Shown here one piece after another: positions 1 to 8,935 of a stretch of 49,281 nt of DNA. The position numbers and the translations under genes are program-made. The notes below the pieces were generated by a model. That model did no database searches and was not told where the DNA came from. It worked only from the letters and a program-made list of their open reading frames with translations. Position 1 is the stretch's first letter. Each line of letters opens with the position of its first letter. Origin of the DNA: Hyphochytrium catenoides (Eukaryota > Protista > Hyphochytriomycota); contig FLMG01000692.1 of NCBI GenBank assembly GCA_900088475.1, positions 1 to 49,281 on the forward strand, in the 5' to 3' direction.

Positions 1-407
1 TCCTCAGGGCCCGGCGGCAGCACAGCTCTTCTGAAGAGAGTGAAGCCCTAGATAGCCTTCCTTGTACTTCTTCCATTCTTCTACGCTTCATACCATGTGT
101 GCCATCATATCTACTGCATCTCTCTGTCTCTCTTGACCAGTCTTATTACTTCGTCTTCATAGGAGAACATTTCTATATACAAAATGAACATTAACGCTAC
201 TCTGTATCGTCCAAGGAATGCCCTCTTCATTTCTATCCTGCCATACTCAAGAAGCTGCTGATGATAGACAACCCAGAGAACGCAATGACTGCGCCTCAGT
301 ACTTGGTGGATCACGAAGAGAGAGAGAGAGAAAAAGAAAGAAAAAGAGGGAGAGAGAGAGAGAAGAGAGAGAGAGAGAGGAACAAAGAGAACCAGAGGCC
401 AAACGGC

Positions 408-497
408 GGACTGCTCATTTTCTTTGTTCTCTGGCTTGCAGCAGAGAGGTCGGACTCCTCATTTTCTTTGTTCTCGCTTGCAGCAGAAAGGTAGGAC
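408..497. repeat. Tandem duplication, ~43-nt unit x2
   Basis: GGACT(G/C)CTCATTTTCTTTGTTCTC(TG)GCTTGCAGCAGA(G/A)AGGT occurs twice in tandem. Confidence 0.9.
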
Positions 498-916
498 CTT
501 TTTCAGGCTCTTCAGTAGCTTCCTGGTGGCTAGCAGAGGATGGGGAGGGAGAGACTTTGTGAGTTCGATGCACGGGTAGGTGGTGGGAAAGAAGCCAATT
601 GGAGAGGGACTCCTACTGCCTGGCCAGGGGGAAAGGAAAATTAACTTCTTCTCTCTTTCTTTCTCTCGAGTCCTTTGCTCTATTCTGCTGGCTTCTTTGA
701 ACGCAGGATGCACCATGCCATCGTCATCTGAAGGAAGGCGAAAGGAAAAGGAGATGGGAGTAAGACACTCCTCTTTTTTCTATATGAGTAACTTGGTGTG
801 TCTGTCCGTCTCTTTGTTATTCTCTCTTTTTGTCGCCCTCTTCTCTTCTCTTTTTCTTTTCTCTCTCTCCCTCTCTCTCTCCTTTTCCAATCTCCTCTCA
901 CTCTGTCTCTCTCTCA

Positions 917-963
<47 letters not shown>

Positions 964-2214
964 CTTTTCTATTCTTTTCTCGATCGGTCTCTCTCATATC
1001 GCAAGATAGTGGAAGCGGCGATCGCGTTGCTTGGCCATCTGCCGTCCTTCTTCTTTATTAGACTTTGATGAGCCTTTTCCCCTTTATACATGCATTCAAA
1101 ATTTTTCTTATAAGAATTGCCAAAGAGGAAGCAGTACTGCGAAGAGGAACAATTTTGGGTCTGGGAGCATTTCTGATGTTCGAAGCTGAGCGTCTGGTGG
1201 CATATGTTTAGGGACAAAGAGTATGTGACAGTAGCGGTAAGTCGGGAATCGCATCTGTCTTTCCTACTACTTGGGTTCTTTTGCAGGTAGAAATATAGGC
1301 ATCCTGACACTTCTTCGGTAGTAGGGAACCAAAAGAATAATCTCTCTTTCTCTCTCTCTCTCCTTCTTCTGTCTCTCTCTTTCTCACCCAGGGATATACT
1401 TATACGCGGTCTTTTCCGTTCGTTGTCACACTAGACCGCGTTGTGCCCTCTCTCTGTGTGTACTTCTTCCTTCTTCTCTCTCTTCATTCTGTCTTCATGC
1501 TCTTTGTCAGGCTAAGGACGCTCCTCTTTGTTTCCCTGTTCTCTTCTCTCACTGTCCCACCTTCGCGATCTGCCATTGCCAGACGATGCCCTTAAACTAA
1601 GCCACGTCACGCCATTGAAAGTTCTCAGATGACAGAGGTGCTTCACTACTGTTTTATTGCCCTTTTTTGCTCGTGCTTGTCGATCGTCTCTATGGTGCGC
1701 ATCTAATAGCAGTAGTAAGGCTGGCACTGGACGACGATAACACTTGTAACGACAGAGAAAGAGTTGCGATGTAGAAAGGATGCTTCTAGTCCTCACCCAT
1801 CATCATCAGAGATATTATTATGCAGCATAGGTCACCGCCGCCGGGCAACACAATGATTTGGCTCCTGAAGATAGTAGTAGTTGTGAGGAGAGGTGTTCTG
1901 AAGTTAGAGTCATTGTTGACTGTAGAAGGATGGAGTTGAATTGCGCCATGGCATAAGGGGGCAATGCAAAGAGGAACCGAACCGAATAGAGAAAAGAGAA
2001 GGCCCTCAAATCAACAAGTCCCTTAGAGTCATCTCTCGGATCGATAGGCAGAGGGAGGAGGGAGAGAGAGAGAGAGAGAGAGAGAAAGAAAGAGAGCGAG
2101 GGAGAGAGAGAAAATAAAGAGAGAGAGAGAGAGAGAGGCGGGAGAGAGAGCCAAACACGTCTGCATAGCAGTTGCAAAAAGACGGGGAGATAACAGATAA
2201 CCCGTCGCCTCTTC

Positions 2215-2575
2215 ATAAATAAAGACCACATCATCTCCATAAATATAGAAAACAGTTTTTTTTAGGAAAAAATAGTAAACCTAGCGATTTTATGGTCAGT
2301 TGCCGGTTTTTTTAGAATGTTTGTGCGGACTTTAATTGGCGAGGCCCAGAAAATTATTAAAATTTCTAGTTTTTGTCTCCACAGGCGTTACAAGAAAAGG
2401 GGCACTTCTGTGATTCAATGGCATAAGTTTAGGCTCCTGGAGCCCTAGAACTGTGTGTAAGGAGGCACGGGGAGGAATATGTGTAGGTATCAGACGGGTG
2501 TAACGGTAGTGGCCGGGGCTCCAGAGGCTGGCAGTGAAGGAGCGGGAAGAAAGTTCCTGGCGTGGAGGTAACGGC
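2215..2575. promoter_or_regulatory. Putative bidirectional promoter island upstream of the hairpin locus
   Basis: Same architecture as 20040-20425: GA tract on the left (2060-2150), CT tract on the right (2580-2720), and TAGAACT..TGTGTAAGG..ATATGT shared with the 20.3-kb island. Confidence 0.4.
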
Positions 2576-2608
2576 ACTCTTCTCTCTCTTCTCTCTCCCT
2601 GTTTTTTT

Positions 2609-2639
<31 letters not shown>

Positions 2640-2947
2640 CTCTCTCTCTCTTCTCTCTCTTTCTCTCTCTCTCTCTCATATACACATACTTTCCTTTCTT
2701 TCTATCTCTTTTTAACGCTCTCATCTCAGTCACTCGGCCACTCACTCTGTCTCACTTCCCTCGGCCTTCTCTTCTACCGTTGCTTATCCACAAAGCTATT
2801 CCCTCATCATCTCACTATTAGTAAGGGTTTTCCTCCCCATCGCGTCTTTTGCTCTCTCCCCCTGTCTCTCCTACTGCACCACTCGCTGTCCTCATCTCTG
2901 CGGTTCGTCAACCTAGAGTCGGAGCTAAAGACCTTCCCCCGGATATC

Positions 2948-3987
2948 GCTCTCTTTCTTTCCTGAGAGAGAGAGAAGACTCTTTCGGGTGCGTTAAAAGT
3001 CCTCCCTCCCCTAGCACTGGAGAAAGAGAAAGGAACGGAGTCGAGGAAGTCTCTCTATCAGTCATTCTTCCCTCTCACTTGTGAGACTTCAGGGTGGTGG
3101 ATCACGGACTCGCTTCCACTGTACAGAGAGGAGAGAGAGAGAGAGAGAAGTCTCACCTATCCTCTCTCTCTCTTTTTTCTCGCCCGACGACCGCAAAACC
3201 TCTTTTTCCCGCCTGCTGGGGTGAGGCATGGCAGCGCTGGTTTGGAAGCAGGGCAGGAGAGAGGGAGAATCAATTGTGTTGGCACGTGTCTTGTTCCCTT
3301 CAGAGAACCTGCAGGCGGCGATCCCGAGGGTCATCTCTCCATACGAGGAGAAGAGAGATCATCATTCTCTCTCTCTCTCGTCTGTCTGTCTCGAACCAGG
3401 AGAGGCGGTGCTTCTAGCTCTATCTATAATATCGTCTCAGCTGCAATGGGGAGACTGGCACTAAGTCCATGGGAACAGGGGAATAGGATGTGCATTTTCC
3501 TCTCTCCAGTAACGAGGAGCCTCTCTTACCTTACTCGGCCACGGTCTCTTTTTCCTTGCTGGCGGAGGACAATGGCTTTATAGAGGATGAACAACTCCGA
3601 CACTTGCGGTGCTTCTCTTCATCTGCTGCGCTTCAGGGGAGAGAGGAAGAAGCGGCCGGTATGTCCCTCTCTTGTTCGTCTTTTTCTTCTCCGCGAGTAT
3701 CGCGGTAGGTAGGGATAACATTGTAGAGCTGCTTGAGAGGAAGAACGACAGCAAGTCTCTTCCCCTGCGGGATTCATTCTCCCTATGCCCTCATTCCTAA
3801 GGACGAGAGGGGAGACAACCTCTCAGCTTGCAGCTCGTCAACGTAGCAGCGCCCGGTGAAGAAGGCCCTCTCCCTGGATATGGCTCTTCCTCGACTCCGT
3901 TCCTTTCTCTTTCTTCCGTGTTAAGGGAGGGAGGACTCTTAACGCACTGGAAGGAGTCTTCTCTCTCTGTCAAGGAAGAAAGAGAGC
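2948..3987. repeat. Second inverted repeat: arms 2948-3049 and 3886-3987 (~100 bp)
   Basis: GTGCGTTAAAAGTCCTCCCTCCCCTAGCAC...AGAAAGAGAAAGGAACGGAGTCGAGGAAG is matched in reverse complement by CTTCCTCGACTCCGTTCCTTTCTCTTTCTT...GTGTTAAGGGAGGGAGGACTCTTAACGCAC. Confidence 0.93.
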
Positions 3988-4177
3988 TTCTCCGCTCTTC
4001 TTTGATTCCTACGCAAAGGGCAACGCTGACGAGAGAGAGAGAGGACCGCAGACTTCTTCTTCAGAGAGGGCAAAGGAAGGGAAACCAGCGGCAGCTGGCC
4101 GCTTTTGTCAGTTGCGATGTGCAGACTGGCAGCACCTGCATGGGAAAACGAGAGCAGGAGCTGCAATTTTCTCGCTC

Positions 4178-5080
4178 CCTCTCTGTCGTCAGCGTTGTCT
4201 TTTGCGTAGGTATCAAACAAGTTGCCGCGAGAAACCTTTATAAGCCGGTTCGAGAGACACAAGAGAGAGAACAGCAAGTTTCTCTCTCTCTTGGTGGTAC
4301 GCCCCAGAGAGAGGTGGACCGATCCGACGGCTACCTGAGAGGAAAGAGAGCGAGCAGGTTGCTCACGCCTTTCTCTATGATATGCCTCCTTCCGTTGGCG
4401 GGCCTTGATCTTGGCGTAAGAGTGCAAGGCAGCATCAGGTGTGAGAGAGACAGCAGGTAACTGTGTCTCTGTCTCCTTTAAGAGAGAGGAAGACTCTCCC
4501 TGGTCAACTCCCAGAAAGTCTTCAAGGGTCACCAAGGGCATGCGATCTGCTAGTGGTGGAGAGAGAAGAGGAGAGACGTTAATGAAAAACCGCAGAGTTC
4601 GTCAGAAAGGGCAAAGTAAAGGAAACCAGCGACAGCTGCACGTTCGTCAGTTGCGATGGGGAGACTGGCAGCACGTTCATGGGAAAAACAGAGCAGGGTG
4701 GTGTACGATCTCCTCTCCCCAATAACGTCTCTCCTCTTTTCTCTCCACCATTAGCACATCGCATGCCCTTTGTGGCCCTTGAAGACTTCCTGGGAGTTGA
4801 TCAGGGAGAGTCCTCCTCTCTCTTGAAGGAGACAGACTCTCACACCTGATGCTGCCTTGCACTCTTACGCCAAGATCAAGGCCCGCCAACGGAAGGAGGC
4901 ATATCAGAGAGAAAGGCGTCAGCAACCTGCTGCCTCTTGTTCCTCTCAGATAGCCAATGGTCCACCTCGTTCTGGGGCGTACGACGAAAAGAGAGAGAAA
5001 CTTGGTGTTCTCTTTCTTGTGTCTCTCGAACCGGCTTCTGAAGGTTGTCTCCGCAACTCTTTTGATTCCTACGCAAAAGA
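4178..5080. repeat. Long inverted repeat: arms ~4198-4582 and ~4722-5080, loop ~140 nt
   Basis: 4378-4447 is the exact reverse complement of 4837-4906 (70/70). The inner flank (4471-4582 vs 4722-4833) has about 10 differences. The outer flank is roughly 80-85% identical by eye. Confidence 0.97.
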
Positions 5081-5420
5081 GAGAGACGATCGCAGTCTTC
5101 TTCTTCTGAAAGGACAAAAAAAGGGAAGACATCGACAGCTGGCACTTCTTTCTCCTTTTCTCTCTCCTCGTCCTCACCCTTTGCACAGACTCCGAGGACA
5201 TCACTGTCGACCGTGAGGAGCGCCGCTGTTGCTGAAGAGAGAGGAGAAGCAACAGAGAGTATTGAGGTGCAGAACGTTGAGGCTTTCTCTCTAAAAGTGT
5301 TCTTGCTCCCTTCCTTGTCCCTACTTTTCTCTTCTCTCTCTCTCTCTTTCTCTCTCTCGCGCGCGCTCTCTCTCAGCCTCGCACACAATTTCTTGCAGAC
5401 ACTCTTTTTCTCTGATTTTC

Positions 5421-5982
5421 CTCTCGCTGGTCTGGACTGTCTGTTATTTCTCTCACCTTCCAATGCCTTGCACAGAAGTTGACAGAGCCCAAGATCTGGA
5501 TGGAAGAACTCAAAGAAGAGAAGAATTATGCCTTCCTCCCATGGAAAACAAGGTTGGCAGTTCTCTCGTCTTCCATTTCTTTTGTCCTCTGCCTATTCCT
5601 TCTTGAAGGCTCTCTCCTCCTCTCCAGATCAAGAAGACGAAGACCGGACAGACACCCAGACATTGAGGTCCTTGAACTCTTTCCCTGGCTCAGAAAAAGG
5701 AGATGGGGGAGACAGGTCAGTCCGTATTTTGGCTCTACTCTCTCTTGCTTTCTCTCTCTCTCATCTTTATCTCTGTCTTCTCTCCCTTACTCCTCTCTTC
5801 AGCTCTTCAGCGCCTCCAGACAAGGCGCTGCTAGATATGACGAGCCATGTTGAAGAAGCAGGAGAGTTACGGCTGTCAAAGTCAAACACGGGGCAGGGCT
5901 GCCTCGCTGGGTGTCTCTCTCACTTTGTCTTCGAAGGTGTTTTACCTCTCTCTCAGCCATCGTACACACAAGTCCTCTCTCT

Positions 5983-6015
<33 letters not shown>

Positions 6016-6202
6016 ACCTGTATATACAGCGGGAGAGTGTCTGTTGTCTCTAAGATCCTTTATCTGGCCAGGTCTGGAGGCACCCGCGGGTGCAGGACAA
6101 GAAACAGAACCCGGAACTTCTGCAGCAAATCCTCAACGGCAAGGCTTAGTGCTTTTGCCTTCAGGTACGTTCCTGGCCGCAAGAGCCCAACGTGACGTCC
6201 CA

Positions 6203-6234
<32 letters not shown>

Positions 6235-6880
6235 TCTCTCTCTCTCTCTGTCTCTGAAGCTCTTTTTTCTCTAAAACTCCCTCTTCTCATGTCGTCGCTC
6301 TCGCTGGTCTGTTCTCTAACTCTCAGCGATCTTTTTCTTCAGTCTGGAACACAATGCAAAGAAGGACGCAGCCCAAAATCTGGACGGAAGAAATTCCGGA
6401 AGAGAAGAGCTATGCCGCCCTCCCGGGGAAAACAAGGTAGCCAGTCTCTCTCGTCCTTTCTTTCTTCTTTCGCTGCTAAGTTCTCTTGAAGATTCTCTCC
6501 CATCCAAATCAGGGAGATGAAGAAGACCAGACAGAAGCCCAGATATTGGCGTCGTTGGAGTCATTCCCCAGCTCAACAAAAGAGGAAGAGGGCGAGGGGT
6601 CACTCCGTACTTTGGCTCTCTCTTCTTTTCTCTTATTTTATTGCTCGCTCTCCTCTTTATCTCTATCTTCCACCCGCCTCTCGTGACCATGTCCTCTCTC
6701 TCTCTGCCTCTCTCCTCCCAGTCTTTGACGTCAGTAGTTCTGCTCTTTCTTCATTATTGCTCGTCTTCTCTCACTCCCTCCTCCTTTCAGTTCTTTGACT
6801 ACTCAAGAGAAGACGCTGCTGACGAGCAATGACAAAAGGCAGAAGACCTACTGCCATCAACGTCGGACAAAGGTCGGCGC
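5421..6880 (+). repeat. Diverged direct duplication of an exon-intron-like block (~5421-5910 vs ~6298-6880)
   Basis: GCCCAAGATCTGGATGGAAGAA...GGAAAACAAG|GT matches GCCCAAAATCTGGACGGAAGAA...GGAAAACAAG|GT; |GTCAGTCCGTATTTTGGCTCT matches |GTCACTCCGTACTTTGGCTCT; ACGAGCCATG matches ACGAGCAATG. Confidence 0.85.
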
Positions 6881-8935
6881 TGTCTCCCTCTCTCTCTCTT
6901 CTCCCTCTCTCTCTTTTTGTCTCTCACAACAGCCAGACCCACACTGTCTCTCTCTCTCTCTTCTTCTTTCCTCCTATCCGTACCAGAAGAAACCTTTCGC
7001 TCTTCTTGTTGCTCATCGCTAAACAACCTCCCTGCCTCGTTCACTCTCTTTCTTCTCCTCGCTCTGGCATCTGGGGCGAGGAGATAAGGAGAAGAAGGAA
7101 AAGTCTTATCTGCTTCTGGGACATCTCTTCCTCCTCCTGAGCTCCTCTCTTCCTCCTAAGTCTCTTCGTTGTTGGCGACATCTTCGGGTTTCTGCTTCTC
7201 TGCGAAAGAAAAGAGAGAGACTGACGGAAGGGGAGAGAGAGATTGAGTTGGAAATGAAGGATAAGAGATTGGTAGAACTTAGAGGCGAAGAAGAGAGAGA
7301 GGATATAAAGGGACAGACAGAGAAAGGGAGGGAGGGAGAGAAAAATAGATCCTTCAGCTTGGACTGCATGCAGGGGGAGCGCCAACGAGGAGGAAGAGAA
7401 TGTGTCCAGAAGTAGAGGAAGAGCCTTCCGTCTACCTATCTCAGCCCCTCAGCCACCAAAAAGAAGCTTTCTGCCTTTCTCCCTCTCTCTTCGGATCTCA
7501 TTTGCTAATCTTTTTGGGTCAGTGGAGTCTTCTCTCTCGTCCTCCTTCCTGCTACATTGATCCTTTCTCTGCTTCTCAACGTGTTATCCATTCTTTCTTC
7601 CTCCAGACATCTCCTAATCTCCTCTTCCTGGAGAACCTCTTTCTCTCTCTCTCATAAGATGTTCTGATTCCTATCTCTCTCCTTGTAGTGGGAACCTTCC
7701 CTACAGAGGTCTGGAGACAAGCAAGAGAGACGTTCCCAAGGAGGACACTACTCAGAGGCGTACCTCTTTTATCTCCTTCCTCCGTAGAGGACAATCTAAA
7801 TCTTCAAAGTTAGTAGTGTACGTTGGCCTGTAAAAGAAAGAGAGAGGGACAAAGAAGGAGAGAGAGAGAGAGAGACTGCGTGGAGAGAGAGACATTGAGG
7901 GGGAGAGATAAAGCAAGCCAGACCGAGAAGACGCAACGACCTCTACGAGTCTCACCCTTTCTACTCTCTCTCTTTTCTCTTTTGGCAGCAGCTCCTCGGT
8001 AGCCAAGAAAGAAGAGAAGAAGAAAGAAGAGAAAGTTGGCCTCTGAGGAAACTTACTGGACGCATTCCTGCCCCGGTCCTCCTCCTCCACCTCCTTGGCA
8101 GCCAAGTCCAGAAAGACCTCGGTCTCCCCTTCTCTCTCTTCTTCTCTCCCTCATCCTCAACATCAACGCTAGCAGCTGCTATATAGACTGTATAATGCAC
8201 TTCTGTTCATGTTTCGTACCTCCTTCAACTCCTGCTATTCTCTCCTCTCTCTCTCTCTTTCTCTCTCCCTCTTTCTCTTGCGCCGTCCTTGAAACGTCGA
8301 GTTAGCAAAGAAGGCCTAAGAGAGGCATAGCAGGACACAAACTTGCGAAGAGAGAAAGAAAATGAAAGGATGGCAAGAGAGGGAGAGAGATCTATAGGAG
8401 ACGGAAGAGAGGGGAAAGAAAGGAACTTAGTAACCATGAGCAAAACACATAGAGAAGAAAGAATAATGGAGGGAGAGAGAGAGAGAGAGAATCATAAACA
8501 ATAAGGTTTTCGCCCCGTCCGTGGCCTCGCATGTCTCTCCCCAGGATCAGAACTGACAGTAAAAAAACTCTTTTCGTCTTCTTGGCTCACGCGAGAGGCA
8601 TAGCTCCGAGAAAGAGGAGAGAGAGAGTGAGAAAAGAGAGAAAGCAAAGAGAGTCCTTAAGCAGAGGGATGTCAGAAGAGGCTAGCCACGTGTACATTTG
8701 ATCCATACATTGATTCTTACTCCCGGTAGGAATGGAAGTACGTGCTTCTCTCTCTCTTTCTCTCTCTCTCTCTTGTCCTTCTGTGGAGCCCCATACGTGC
8801 GAGCACGGACTGGCGGAGAAAGAGGAAGAGCAAGAGTCACACTGATTGCGAAGAGAGAGAGAGAGAAGGGACGAGGAAAGGAAAGAGTGATACTATCTTC
8901 TCCTCCAATCCTTAGTGGTACGAGACCTTCTTTTG

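Larger units (their letters stand above)
2891..5145 (+). repeat. Degenerate modular tandem array (modules E, D, B, A, C)
   Basis: Module A (TCAGYTGCRATGKGSAGACTGGCA...CATGGGAA) at 3437, 4108 and 4647. Module C (TTTGATTCCTACGCAAA...CGCAG...CAGCTG) at ~3990, ~4589 (partial) and ~5048. Module E (CTCA...TCGTCAAC...GGATAT.GCTCT) at 2891 and 3822. Module B is diverged at ~3078-3398, inverted at 4178-4582 and direct at 4722-5080. Confidence 0.85.

Noticed and set aside
1-1510. Possible plus-strand gene fragment (exon-like blocks at ~190-450 and ~1005-1236)
   Set aside because: Stops in all frames and no recognisable homology; cannot be modelled from this window.
218-3000. Numerous ORFs rich in SLSLSL or RERERE (here and throughout the window)
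   Set aside because: They are translations of (CT)n/(GA)n tracts, which lack stop codons; no domain signal.
3828-4541. Overlapping 210-aa (+) and 200-aa (-) ORFs across the inverted modules
   Set aside because: No recognisable motif, and the homologous repeat copies are frameshifted relative to each other, so coding is unsupported.
3437-4727. Three-copy module A as a CRISPR-like array
   Set aside because: Repeats are diverged, 540-670 bp apart, the spacers are homologous to each other, there are no cas genes, and the context is eukaryotic.
4178-5080. Inverted repeat as the TIRs of a MITE or foldback transposon
   Set aside because: No target-site duplication seen, and both the loop and the flanks belong to the same tandem array, which favours in-place inversion. 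Not fully excluded without a copy-number search.
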